From Lama glama (taxonomy: Eukaryota), in contig CM052816.1 in the NCBI GenBank assembly GCA_028534125.1, forward strand, positions 85,934,001 through 85,998,000: a stretch of DNA of 64,000 nt, given 5' to 3'. The number at the start of each line of letters is the position of its first letter. Positions within the stretch are counted from its first letter, which is position 1. The position numbers and the translations under genes were made by a program. Under the pieces are notes generated by a model, which saw only the letters and a list, made by a program, of their open reading frames with translations, was not told the DNA's origin and did not search any database. Positions 37,857 to 51,600 of the stretch are shown here, piece after piece.

Positions 37857-40800
37857 GGGGATATACAGAATATCAATGTCATTAGCAGCACTAGTGTTAA
37901 TAAAAGAACCTGAGTAGGAAGGAAATATTCAACAATTATACACTAACTTAGGATATAAATATATTGTGGTCTATTCATACAATGAAAATTTATAGAATTG
38001 TGAAAATAGAGAAATGAAAGGAATAAAGTTGCAAGCATCAATGTGGGTGTATCTCAAACGCAAATTGTCTTAAAATGAAAAGGACAGATTACATTTACAA
38101 GAAATTGGAAAACAGAGGAAACACCAATCTGTTATTTATCATGTCATAGTTAACTTAATTATTTTTAAATATGAAAATATAAAACTTTTATTAGATTAGA
38201 TTAGATTTACAGTAATTATATATGTAATACAAACACTTGGCAACTTAGCAAATAGTAGAATTTTAACACTAGATAGGAATTTTAGGAACATTTACCCAGT
38301 TGTTTTATTTCCATAAGAAATATGTGATAATTACAGGAATGTTCCATTCACACATAAACACAGTTAACTACTACAAATTGTAAACTTAACTCTGGCTCAA
38401 GTATAGTAAAAAATATTTGTGTAATCTATGAAGTGGTACAGGAACTTCCTGTCATGTTAGCATTATCACATTTTACTAGTGAGAAGGAAGCTGAATATTT
38501 TGCATAGTTTGTTTTACTTTCAAATAGAAAATTTTAAAAAATAGATCATATAGTCTACTTTGACTCGTATTTCTCAAATATGAATACTAACTTTAAAACA
38601 TTCTAAAGATATTTGCATATAAAAGTAGGATAATTTCAATTATTTAAATTTCATATTTCTAAAGAATAAAACTTCCTATAGTTCTCAACTTAAACGACTA
38701 TAAATAGATTAGGATCTATTTTGGTTACCTTCAGTAGCTCTCCGTCTTTAATAAAGATTCAAAAAGTATGTGCATACACATACACATACATAATCTTTTT
38801 TATTAACTTAAAATATACCCATTTTTTTAGTTCCCTTGGCTGTGCTGTATTCAATTACTTGTGTAATGCCATTTGTTATTAAAATTTATCTATGCATTGT
38901 CTGTAGTTATTAAAATATTCTAATCTTATAAATTCTCTATCCCTGCATAACACTCTAATATCATAATTCATTTAACACTGTTCTATTTCTTGTCTCCTTG
39001 CTTCAGTATGGAGTCATTTTTATATCTTTACATCCATAATAATAATACCACACAGAGAGAAACAAATAATAATTCATTTTGAGAACATCTATTCAGAAAT
39101 TGCTACATCTTTGGACTCCAAAACAAAATCATATATTTGATATACTAATATACAAGCTATGCTGAGATAGTTAACATTTATTCTGCTAGGTGTTTTTCAT
39201 TTTTATTCATTCTTTGCAGGGCAAAAAAACTTTGTAATCACATTTTAAAGAAAACACTTCTGTAACCAGTACACTGAAGATTATGAAAGAGGAGTATGTT
39301 GCTTCTGAACAAACAACTCTATCATTAGGTTGTAAATGAGAAACAAAGAAGTACGATGAAAATATCTTTTTAAAGCTTTTATTAGATTATTGCTTATTTT
39401 TACAGACTTGAATGTCAAATACATGATCTTTCCTAATCCCTCTCACTGTTATCTGAGCGATTTTCTTTCTTTGTATAATCTTTAAATCCTAGAAGGAAGG
39501 CAGAGTGCAAATACTAGGTGGGAGATAGAAATGAAGTTAAGAAGTTGGCAGCCTTCAGATTTGATAGTCATTAGAGAATGTCCATGTCCATATTATTGAA
39601 GCAATTTGTAAGTGCAAAACATAGATATTTCCACAATGCTAAGAGGAAAATACTCAGTAAGAATAAGATCCAATGTAGTTACCAGAAACTCTTTTGTAGC
39701 ATTTTGCCTTTAGTGTGTCGTAGCAACTAGAAAAATGAGGGCATTAAAAGATGTAGCACAATTTTATAATCTAGCCAAAGCTTTCTTTTTTCAGCCCTGC
39801 AGTCCACATTCAATTTGAATTTTGGAAGGCTGTCTTACAGTTAAGTAATGGAGAAAAATATATTGTGTCTTCTCTGTATATTAGGTTCCTGTGAACACAG
39901 TAGGTTTTACAGAGCAAGATGTAGACGTTAAGAACTGAAGTTTTGAAATAATCTGTCCACCTAGATAGTGACATTAAGTGTAAGTAACTTACACTTAATG
40001 ACTTGATAAAAATAAATAAAATCTTGAACAATTATTGATTAAAGATGTCATTTCAACATCATGATAATAGAATTGAAACAATCACAAAAATATTAGGGAT
40101 ATATATAGACAAGCTCTAAGCATCAGTGGTATGGAGTATCACTTCAGTATCCTTTATATTCTACTGGAAATGGTTACATAGAGCAACAGTTCTAATGGAA
40201 GTCTTGGATTATAAGAAAATTTTCACAAAAGGACCAGATATCAAGGACTGAACAGGATTTTAATTGCCTGAACTGGAATATATAGAATGTAATGTGTTTT
40301 AAGAGAATAATAGATAATATAAATAGTAAGACAGAATTTCCAATACATAATTGAATTAAAAACCTACAATATCCTTTGTAGAGGATAAGAAGTGAAAGAG
40401 TCTCCATTTAAAAAATTACAAGGTCTTTGATTTTCTGAGTTGGAAACGATATAATTTCTTTTTCTTAAAAACAATTTAGGAATTACTAGAGTACAACACT
40501 TTAATCAGTTCCAGTACATAGGCTACTTTGTCAGACTATTGTTAAGCTATCTCTCTACCTTACCAAATTTTATTCTAAAATGAAGAACTCAATATTCAGG
40601 TAGTAGGTATCTGTGGAACTAGCTATGAAGAAAATGTGCAAAACAGAGGAAAGGAAACAAGTTAACAGATAATAGTCTTCTAACTGAATTATGAGAATGA
40701 TTATTTATTCTATTAAATATTGCATGAAGTGTTTATTGTACTGCAAAGCACTGGACAGATAAGAAACTTGAATATACAGGATTGTTCTATCATCAGTGAG

Positions 40801-42604
40801 ATTACCTATAAATGAAGACATCCTAGGCTTCAAAGAAGGGAAGGAAATGTAAAGCAGTTCCTGACTTAGCAGTGACATGTCATTATTACATAGTGGCACA
40901 ATGCCAAAGCATATGAATTGTTCATTGGATGCTTAGCTCCTGGATCTGTGTGGCAATGGCTTGTCACTATTTAAATCGCAAATGTTCTTTTTGATGCATC
41001 CATCCAACAAGCCAACAAACTGATTTTCTAATTCAAAGTTAATGTGTGTTAAGGTATTACCATTTTCTAAAGCAATGTGTGAAATAATTTTATTTAATAA
41101 TTGTAATACTTATAAAATCAGTAGCAATATTATTTGAAATCATTGTTAGTAAACATACTTTAAGAGTTTGTTAGGGCCAGGCCATTCTTGGTTGCAGGAA
41201 GCAGTTTAAAAATTTTGGAAGGATCAGACTTTTAGTGATTTCAACGCTGTCAGAAATATTCCTCTTCAGCTGTAGAATGGCCTCACAAAATTTTTCACAC
41301 TTTTTTTTTTCTTAAAAATAAATTGCATCCTGGAAGTTTGTCTCACTCCTTATCTTACTCAAATTGGATTGTAATGAAGTATTTTAGATACTGTGTTGAT
41401 TGTAATCACAGTAACTTTATTCTCACTGCCCCTAAATGAGATAGTTTCCTAAATAATTATCTTTTATTTTTTATCAATAATGTGAAATATTATCCTCAGT
41501 GAATCTTCTGTAACATGAGGACTCAGACTTGGCTGCTTGTACTTTATTTTCTTGCTTTTTTGGGAGATTTAGGTGTCTCTACAAACGAAATTGTGTTGAA
41601 TGACTATGTATCAAAAAATTTTAATTGCCTGCTATGAGCTGGTCACAAACTATGCTAAGCTCTTAATTAATTTATTTATTTGTATTTATTTATTTTTGCA
41701 TCAGAAGGTTCATGTAACTCATTTCAAGCTCACTTACCCTTTTTAAACTTTCATCTGCACTTCAATTATTACAACTATTACTGACTTTTTTTATTATATT
41801 ATTTTTATTGTCTGTGGTTTTCTGGTAACATAGATAATTAAACAATTACCACATTAAGTGTTTTTTTTAGTACGCTTCAGACAAATCTTAAATTTCCTTT
41901 ATGTATACTCACACTTCTCCATGTGCTGCTTAGAAAGTGGTAGCAAACATGCCAGTGGAAGTGAGAGCTAAAAGACACATATGACACTGCTGGAAATACA
42001 TATTTCTGAGTTTCAATACAATGAAGGATTTCTCTTTTAAAAATATTTTCAGCTATCCCTGTTTTAAACAATCTCTCAGTCAATCAATCAGAAAATGGCA
42101 CTGTGTCACAGAATGTAGTCCAGGAAACTCTGATTATATATAACCTTATATCTGTTTTAAACATGCATCTTTTTAAAATGTCAATTTCATTACCATTATG
42201 TCTTAGGGAAAAAAGCAAACAAAAAACAAATGTGGCTTGTTTTTAAAAAGTAAATTAAAAATAAATCCTAAAGTGATGAGTAATAGCTTCAAATATAAAT
42301 TATATATATACATATTATAGTTCTTATTGAAATAAAATATTTCATTTAGCAAGATTTTGATCCATAATAACAGTGGTTTAAAGTGCAGATTTTGACCCTA
42401 ATGCAAAATTTGACTCTTTAAGAAACTTTGAATGATTCAGTGGATTAAAATACAAACATTGTTCTTTATATATGTATACATATGTATATAGGTATATAGA
42501 TATCTATAACAATGTGTGCATGCATTAAGGTATACTCTGCATATTTTCATATATTTATGTTCATATGTATTAATTTATACAATAATTTTAAATCTATTGA
42601 GTCT

Positions 42605-42749
42605 GAAGGTGACTGGTATTTGATGTATCTCTTAAAAATCATTATTAAAGTAGTGTCAGATATTTATGAATTCATAAATAATATCAGAAGGTGGCTGATA
42701 TTTGAAGTATTTTTTACTTATATGATAGTAGTATCAGATATTTATGAAT
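42605..42749. repeat. Imperfect tandem duplication (about 65-bp units) with a 20-bp perfect palindrome at the junction
   Basis: Units are 42605-42671 and 42687-42749. The palindrome TATTTATGAATTCATAAATA lies at 42661-42680. Confidence 0.85.
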
Positions 42750-44249
42750 AAGAAAAACCCTGTATCAATCTATGCACCAGCATGATCACACAAAACAGAA
42801 CCTCACAGAAGTGATATCTATTATGATGATGTAACTCATTACATAATTTCCCAGGTCCGACAGATATCACTACTACAGTCCTGTAACTTTTCAGATTAAA
42901 TAAGCTATCTGTCTCATAATGTAATGAAAGAAGCAAAAAAAAAAACCCACTGAACGTGCCTGTAATTATATATGTGGTATCATATAAACATTTTATTCAA
43001 TAGTACACACTGGTACAATTTTAGTAGCTTAGAAAATGGCCTACATCACCAATAACAGCGTTAAGTTATGGTGTAACTGATGGTTATAGGTAAAATATGT
43101 CCACTTTTCTACATAACGTTATCCAACAATCTGTGCACCATTTGTAGATTAGGCCCCTGAACATTCACATGATGTCAGTGGACTGAGGGTAGGGTTTCCT
43201 TTTGCCAAAATTAGAGATTGCTCTGCTTTTGTATGTCCTCTTTATGAACCCTCATTAGGCATAATCAGTCTCTTCCCTGAGCTATATCTAAACCAAGGGC
43301 CAAAATAAAGATTAAGGAATTCACAGAATTAATGAATTAATGAAAAATAGATGTGTCTAGTTTAAAACTTAACACAATGTTTTTCTTTCTTTCTTTACAG
43401 TCCTCTCATTTCTACACAGCAAGTTATATTGACCAAAAACACGTAAAACTGCCTGTCTCTCCTACCTAGCCCACTCTCTCCCCTCCAACCTGCCTGTTAA
43501 GTGAACAGATGTGGTTTCTCTCCCTAAACAATTTCTTCTTTGGGGGCGTCTGTCTATTTTCTGATGTGACATTGCAGTGTTCTAGGAGGTGCTCTGTTAA
43601 CTGCTACTGTTTGATAGAACTAGAAAAACGTGTGAAAGCAAAGAAACGTTATTTCATTAGAGTTAGAGGAAGAAAAACTCGGACTACTTATATACCAATT
43701 TTGAGTCTACTCTTATTCACATTAATAACATAAAACAACACAAATAAATTACAATAAATAAATAATGGGATATTATAAATAGACAATGAAGGAAGACTCA
43801 GTGGTAATAAAAGAAATGCTCATTTTTGGTAATAAACTTCAAACTCCAAATTTTTTAGGTAGTTTTCATGACTAACAGCTCAAAAATAAAGTAAATAAAT
43901 GAACAAATAAGACAAAGTAAGTCTAGAGAATTCATAAAAGAAACCCTTTTTGTGTTTTTCTATTATAGTTAAGTTTCTCTAACCATTTATATATCTAGCT
44001 TCAGATTCTTCCCTCTTTTCAGATTTTTTAGAATTTTCAATTGGCTCCTCAGCACTATAAAAAACAAGTTAACTTACCCCTGTGAAGTAATTATTATCTA
44101 TTTTCTGACAATCCTCAAATTTACATTTCAATCTAATGCTTTTTTTTTTTCAGTATAAGGCCCAAGTAATTTCTTCTCACTACTTTTTTAGAGTTACCCA
44201 AAACTTCAAAATGCCTGAGACTTCATTCATTCATGATACCACCAATCCA

Positions 44250-44720
44250 AGTATAAAAAGTATACCTTTCAATCTCAGTGCTGGCAGCACTATCCATCAA
44301 GTTTCCAAGTCAGAAAACCAGCCAACACTCCTCTATCTTTCAACATCAGATCAAGCGCAGTTATCTGATTATGACTTAAATATCTCTTGAATTTTTTCAC
44401 TCTTCCCAACTTCTACTACCATTACCTTATTCCAAGCCATGGGGAACTTTTTGCTGGAAAGATTCTCTCTGTTCATTTCTCCATGTTCTAGCTGTATTAT
44501 ATTTCATTTAGTTATTCAGATATACTATGCTCTATTCCACTTCAGGGCCATTTTCTTCTCTTCATCACACCAAAAGAGAAAAGATAATACATGCTGAGGA
44601 CTTTTCTTTCTTACATAGATTAGACTTTTTCTCTTGCTCAGTTTTTTTAATTTTTATTTCCCACGGTCTTTTTTATAACATGTGGATTTTCTTGCCATGT
44701 CAGGCCATTGTTCATACACA
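44250..44720 (+). mobile_element. L2 fragment
   Basis: GGCAGCACTATCCATCAAGTTTCCAAGTCAGAAAACC...CTTAAATATCTCTTGAATT...CTACTACCATTACCTTATTCCAAGCC are sense L2 landmarks. Confidence 0.6.
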
Positions 44721-44972
44721 GAATGACAAAATGTAAAAACCTGACTTTAACTTAGAAAGAAAGGAAAGAAGAAAGCCTTGCAGCCTGGTTTGGAACGCGC
44801 CTTAGGCCTTTCCCAAGGTTGGGGAAGAATATCCTGTAGCCAGCATAGTTCACCAGGGGACTCACATTATGTTTAGAACAGTGATTCAAAATAACTCAGA
44901 GCATTTTGAACACAGTGCTTGTTTTTAGCATATACCCATTGAAAACCTCCAGAAAAAAAGTGGGAGCTTATT

Positions 44973-45102
44973 TTATGTTATTTTTTGGTAGGGAGGTAGT
45001 TAGGTTTTTTATTTATTTTTTTAAATGGAGGTACTGGGGATTGAACCCAGGACCTTGTGTATGATAGGCACATGCTAAACCACTGAGCTATGCCCTCCCC
45101 CT
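44973..45102 (-). mobile_element. tRNA-derived SINE (camelid Vic-1-like) with perfect 15-bp TSD
   Basis: Minus strand reads GGGGGAGGGCATAGCTCAGTGG (A box)...GGTTCAATCCC (B box)AGTACCTCCA plus an A-rich tail. TSD AAGTGGGAGCTTATT lies at 44958-44972 and 45103-45117. Confidence 0.92.
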
Positions 45103-47248
45103 AAGTGGGAGCTTATTAAAGTCAGCTAATACTGTCCTCTCTCCATTTCTTTTTCTTTCTATACATCCCTATTCACAGCATCCTTTGTGCAATATTACTT
45201 TAACAAGACACTTTCTTCTTAGTAGGTTAGGTAATTATGGTTTAAGGTCCTTATAATTTTTGTGGCTCTAGTGGTTATGCTTACTTCAATTGCCTACACA
45301 CAATGGTTTTTCATTTATTTTTGCACTTTTTCAAATCACTGTGTTGCCTATGCCAAGATTTATTTTTCTTGTCTTCTCAACCCTTTATTTGCCAGTTCAG
45401 TGTCTAGTTTACCTCCTTCACCTTAAAAATCTCAATTCCATTCTTTGAAAGGAAAAATAACAGGAAATACTGTCATGTTGTAATAAGTATTAGAAAGCAG
45501 AAATTTAAAAATAAATGTGACATTTTGCAACTATGTAAATATTACAACTAAAATGACATGTAAGGATATGAGTACTTCTCAGAACTTAGTGATTTTCTCA
45601 GAGAACCTTACATATCTATATTTCAGGCCCACTGACATCAGACTGTGATACTTCGGTGCTCTACTACACCAATGACCTCCCTATAAAAAGATCCTAAAAC
45701 ATATGCAAATGAGCAACTCCCCAGGATTTAGTACTTGGTTCTTGGGGAAGAGTGGGAAACCAGGATGAAGATGGGGCTGGAGATGGGTAATGTCAAAATC
45801 AGCAGAAAATAAAAAATACCATTTTTAAGGAAACAGGACATTCTGAAGTGTCATTTATGGATAATAATCAAAAAAGAAAGAAAGAAAATAAAAAGAAACA
45901 TGATGATATTAAACATTGGGGTGACCAGAGAGCTCCTAAATCTTACTGGGTTTTGACCTTTCCAAGATGAATTCTAGACTCTGCTAGTACAAAATGCATA
46001 TATTACATGTAAAAGGCTAGACACAAAGCCAATATTAGGTGTCAAAATTTAATTACTCAAATCTCTCCTAATATTAATTTTTACTTCTATCTAGTACTCC
46101 CCATCATGCTGGCTTAGCTTATATGCTTGCATAAGATAAGAACTTGCCCAGATCACTCTCATTCAAAACACAGTATAATTTAACTGAAGGAAATGAAACT
46201 CCTTCAGTATCACATAGACAGTATTACTAAAGCAAATATGAAGTACACTTTTGCCATGACTGTTTAATCCCTCTTCCAATATGGTGAGTATCTTAGTTGC
46301 TGTACCAATTCCTTTGCAAACAATGAATGAATTACTTATACTTATTGTATAAATTCTCCTGATATGTCAACTTTCCAGATTAGGTATAAATATTAGCAAA
46401 CAGCATACAAATATTGAGGGGATAACATTTTCCTTTATGAACCAATATTCTGTAACTATTTTATAATAATATCTATAAGTAAACAATAATTTTTAAAAAC
46501 GTAAATTAGTATAATTTAAAAAATAGATTTCTAAACCTAGTAACAGAAAAACATCTACCAAGTAGAGACATGGAATATTATATAAAATACTTTTAAAAGA
46601 AATGTCATATTTTGTTCATCTCTATACGTATAAAACTATTTTCAATATAATTAATCTTTATTTTAAAAGAATTCAACCTGCTTACATAGCTTGCATTCAT
46701 GTGTAAGCAGGGCTAAAATTAGCAGAAATTCAGGTTATCACAAGTAATTATATTGTGCCTGTGCTCTCATACTTGTAAACTTCTAAAATGACTTATTCAA
46801 AATTTGCTTTCTTTTTATTGAAAAAAAATATTTACAATTATATTTTCAGCTTGTTTTAAAGAGTTTGTAATAGAAAAGTCTTTTTGTTCACAAATGATTA
46901 CAAGATACTTTTTTGAAACATATTCTGGACTTATACCACTTTCTTCTTGAAGAATTTCATAGATTTCATCTTTATTCTCATTATATTTATCTGTACCTCC
47001 CCTTTTTGAGTTGTTTCAAATTTTTTGCAACCTGTATCTGTATCATTGAGCAAGAACTTATTGAGCACTTCCTATATCCAACCTAATAATGGCTTTTCTA
47101 TGGAGTATGAAATGTTGAAAGGAATATTATTTCTCCACTCCTTTCTGGAAGCAAACAAACAAACCCTAGCTTATTAAATGATAACATTTTCAACATCTTT
47201 CCCTCTTGAGTGACTCACAAATTTAATAGCTTTCCATTCCCACTGTAA

Positions 47249-47459
47249 TAGTATAACTCAACAGCAGCACTGTTGAAAAATAATGTTCTGTTGTGGGGGG
47301 CTGTCCTGTGTACTGTAGTATGTTTAGAGGATCCCTGGCATCTATTCAACAGATGCCAATAGCACCCTTTCTCCTACACAGTTGTGACAACCAAAAATGT
47401 CTCCCATCTTTGCCCAATGTCTTTTAAGAAGAAAAACCAGCCCCATTTGAGAACCACTG
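47249..47459 (+). mobile_element. MER20-like hAT-Charlie DNA transposon
   Basis: TGTTGTGGGGGGCTGTCCTGTGTACTGTAG...GATGCCAATAGCACCC...GTTGTGACAACCAAAAATGTCTCC...TTGAGAACCACTG matches the recalled MER20 consensus, including the right TIR. Confidence 0.85.
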
Positions 47460-50369
47460 TTCTATAACATATCCTGTCCGATGTATAAAGCCTCTTAACT
47501 CCCCAGGCTTGTAGCTATTCTCTAGTGAACCGCACACTTTTTCCCATGATAAGTTGTACATGTACCATGAGAAAAGTAGTTTCTGTTCCCATACCTGTTC
47601 AAGTCGGTTTTACTGCTGTTTCCAGTTATGTGATTTAATTAAATAGTAAGTTATCATCAAAAAATATTAAAAAAATAGTTTCTATTTAAATATAGTTGAG
47701 TGCTTTGAAACTAATAAGAGTAAGTCAGTATAATTACTGCCAAAATAGTGTTAGACAAATATAAGATGTGATTGAGGGAAAGGGTTATAAAAATCTTGAA
47801 GGATTATAATTATTATAATTATTACCAAATTATTTTTAAAACTCCAAAATTCTCTCTCCACTTTGGAAAAATGAAATTGGTCGCTAAAAAGTTATCTGAG
47901 TGCACAAGAAAGACAACACGGATCCCCACTGCTCAAAACACAGTCTTTGGCCAACATGAAGAGAATGGAATATTTGTGCATATTTATAAGGAAAATGTGC
48001 AGGTTTTTATTAGGAACTATACACTTAAGCCAACTTTTAATTTTAACCATTTAACTATACTTCTTGGTGAAAAACTATAATTCTAAGAAAGCTCTGGAGA
48101 TTGCTCCATTGAACAAAAGAATAAAATGAAATGGCTGAACAAGAGAGGAGAATTAGATCTTACTGTGAAAATTCAAGGAAAAATCAGGACCTTTAAGGAT
48201 TTGCTCTCCAGAGAAAGCAAAGCCACAGTTTTGTTTTGAGTTTTGTTTTGTTTCCTTTTGTACCTTGCTCTAAATGTATAAATTTAATCTATCTTTTGAA
48301 AATCTAAATTAAAATGCATATTAAACATCCACATCTCTGCCTTCATGACTCCATTTCCATGCTTATGTACTCTATAGATCATTATAATATGGCTACATGC
48401 ACAAATATACAAGCTTTCACAATCACATTTTTCTCCTTTTTCAGTATATCAGTATATGTTGTAGAATATCTCATGTGTGTTTGTAATTTATATGACAAAA
48501 TACATTGTATGTATATTTATAACATATTACAGATACTATAAAGAGAATCAGAATTTATAAATTACCCTACTATATATTAGAAATTATATTACTTGTGTAT
48601 CATTATAAATATAAGATATATAGTATATTATATGTGATATATAAAATTAATACTTATTATATATATTATATAGATATTATATAAGTAACCTTCCTCCTAT
48701 TGAGAAATTTTTTAAGTTACAATGGTTACCTTTTCAAACAATTCTGAAGTGTGTATCCTTGTGCATAGGTAGATTACTTCTGTTGGAGACAGTCCTAGAA
48801 TTAGAATTATCACGAATTTTCAGGCTGCCTGTCTTACTCTTTATAGTCCCAACATTGTCAAATGCATGATCTCGCTTCTTGAACGTGTGGCTTCCAGTTA
48901 GAATATAACATAAGAGCAGAAATACAGTACTAGCCCAGGAAGTGAGAGGGCCATGACATAGAATCACAACATTAGAGGAGCCTCAATGCTCCCCTGTTTC
49001 TCTTTTTTGTTGACCTGTCACTCTCCACTTAAAAAGGTGACAGAGCATACTGATACTGACCCCCATCCACTCAAAGCAAGTTTGGTCTGTCAGCTGCAAA
49101 GGTCACATTCAGTTCCTGTCTGCATGTCCAATTTCCTCTGAGGTCTCGTATTTCACCAATCTGACAAACAAATTAAAAGGCACGCTCAGATTAAACAGTT
49201 CCCAGTGCAGCAAACCCACTCAGTGGCCTTGCTGTCCGGGAAGCATGTTGCCTTTGACTGATGCTTTGGACCACTTCCAGGAATCTTTTGATGTTTCTGC
49301 CTGCAGGGAACAACCACCACTTGTAATGAAGCAGCCTTGTTTCACCCTGCCCTGCTCATGTGCACCTTTTAATTAGCCCAGGGTCATACACTCTGTTAGA
49401 TAACACAGTGCATTTCTCACATTATGAGATGTAAAATCCCAAATTGTCAAATAAGGGAACTAACGATCTTTGAACTAAATAGGCTGGCATTTTTGTTTTG
49501 AGTGGGATATACCGGTAACCATCTAGGGTTATTTTAAAGCCTTCATCTGTCTTTTCAGCAGCTTCAATTTAACAATATTAATGCCAGGTGGTTCTTATTT
49601 TAGTTTCATTCCTATCAAACTGAGAGTAAAGGTTAATTCCTTTTCTGGCCTTTGTGTTTTGGCAAGAGAACACACTGAATATTAAATGAATAAAAATGAC
49701 TAATAATTGCCTTTCTTTATATATTTAGAGAGAGTTACCATGAGAACAAATATTATAACCTTTCTTTTCTTTTTAATAGAACCACTAATAACACTAGGTA
49801 AAATGAAAGTATACAGTAATGTGCTGTTTTTGCTTTGTGCTAATTATGTTGTCAACTTTTCATCCGAGTACATGATTGGTTCTAGCAGCAACCTATATTG
49901 TAGTGTGTTAAGTGTCCTGTTTTGGAGTTTTGCTCATGGTGGCCCTGAAAAGGACCTAACCTTGGTAACTGGTTTCATTAAAATAATTAAATACAAAAAT
50001 TTAGCAATGGAGAACTCCCTGGCCATGGGTAGCTACTAAAAGAGCAAGTAGTAATGAGTCAAGAGTTGGGGAGGAGGACAGGGGAAGGACTGGAACTCTA
50101 AAAATATTTAGAGGTAGTCACTGCTTACTTTTAAAATGATGAACCAGTCCAATAATTTGCATATTTGAGAATACTTGTTACCAATAATGCATCTATGTAC
50201 CTCACTTTGTGAAACATTGCAGCAGGCATCCAGTGTGGTCAGTTTTGCTGATTAATTGGTACCCCAAACACAAATGTAGATACTATAATATCTTAGTTCA
50301 TTCAACATTGTCCTGTCTACAATAACAACAGATTGTGTGTATGTGTGCACGTGTGTGTAACTACAAAAG

Positions 50370-50710
50370 TGAAAAACGATAGCATGTTTGATTACCTTAA
50401 TGACCAGGATGACCTTACAGTTTCCCTCAGCCTGAATAGGCTTCTTCCCTTTGTGTCCCTACCCTCCCTTTCCTTAGAGCATTCACTTTAGAAAACTTGC
50501 CTTTGCAAATCCTTTTTTGTCCTTTTAAGATGTAAATCTACAACCCAGAAATGTCTTTCTCCTGTACCTGAGACCCATCCCTTCAGAATATCATCAGTGA
50601 GAAGGTAATTCTTCCCCCTGCCAGTCTCCAGGGAGGGTAGGAGCCTAACTTTGGTAAACGACAATTTACAAACAAGGTTGACCTAATCACACTGACCACA
50701 TCCCAAAAAA
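50370..50710 (+). mobile_element. ERV1 LTR fragment (MER67-like)
   Basis: CCTTAGAGCATTCACTTTAGAAAACTTGC...AGATGTAAATCT...ATGTCTTTCTC...GGGAGGGTAGGAGCCTAACTT matches the recalled MER67 sequence. Confidence 0.7.
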
Positions 50711-51216
50711 TTCTAAAACGTACATATAAATAAGTCTGTCCTCATGAATGTGTGAGGTTAAAATTCAGTAAGGTCTGATGACAAAAATTACGATTAAATA
50801 ATTCTGTGCAAAATTGATAAGTAATACAACTTTCAATAGGCATTCCATGATCTCGTTAGCTGGTGTCTTGTCTTATTAGAGTCACTGGAGGACATTTCAT
50901 GGAGGGCACATGTTATCCTCTGAAACTAGTAACAAAAGCTAGGGGGATGTGCAGAAGAAATCTAAGATTCTTTGTTTAAAAAAAAATCCCTTTATAAAGA
51001 ATTCAATCAATTATAAATTACTCAATTTTAAGCATATATAATATATTCTAATAAGTAGTTTCTATTTGGAAAAGAGGGTTTATGACTACTAAATTGAGAA
51101 TTAAATAATATTGTCACTCATTCTTAGGTCTGTCTTCTTAAAACAGGAAGCTGGAGTGGCAGAAGTATCACAAACACATGCTAGAACTCTGCCATCTCAC
51201 CTCCACTGGAAATTTT

Positions 51217-51600
51217 ATCTTTGGTTTTAGTTTACTTCAGAAGCAGACCCTGAGGTATGGATCTGCATGAAATTCAATTATTTTGTGAGTGAAGGAAATC
51301 TGACCCTAGAAATGGGGAAAAGAGACATCAAGAGAAGGTAGTTTCTAAAGGTTTTGTTCTCTTATCACAAAGAACAATTTTGTGTGACTTTAGCTTAATC
51401 TGCCATAGAAAATCGAAGAACCACAGTAGAATATACAACTCAGTGATTCCCTGAGGAGTGAGGGAACTGCGGTATTTGTAAGCCAACCCTCCCCCCACTG
51501 TAATTAATGGGGTAGTGCTGGGTAAGGGGTGCTGTAAATTAACTTCCAAATGAATGACTGGCAAGAGAAACCTTCAGGCAAAGGATGGAAGCTGGGTTGA
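51217..51600 (-). mobile_element. ERVL LTR33-like LTR
   Basis: CAGAAGCAGACCCTGAG and TGAGGAGTGAGGGAACTGCGGTATTT match the antisense LTR33 pattern. Confidence 0.65.

Larger units (their letters stand above)
35610..38190 (+). mobile_element. Ancient L1ME-like fragments, host of the LTR at 36882-37531
   Basis: A-rich degenerate ORF2/3' UTR motifs (ACACCATGAACAAAGTAAAA, TGGGCAAAA, TATTGTGGTCTATTCATACAATGAAA, CATCAATGTGGGTGTATCTCA). Confidence 0.55.

Noticed and set aside
45025..45102. tRNA gene
   Set aside because: The tRNA-like A and B boxes belong to a SINE head with an A-rich tail and TSD, not to a tRNA gene.
46183..46208. 9-bp inverted repeat ACTGAAGGA...TCCTTCAGT
   Set aside because: Stems of this length are expected by chance in 64 kb, and nothing else supports it.
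46677..46711. Hairpin CCTGCTTACA...TGTAAGCAGG as a possible pre-miRNA or MITE
   Set aside because: The 10-12 bp stem is too short for a pre-miRNA, has no TSD, and is compatible with chance.
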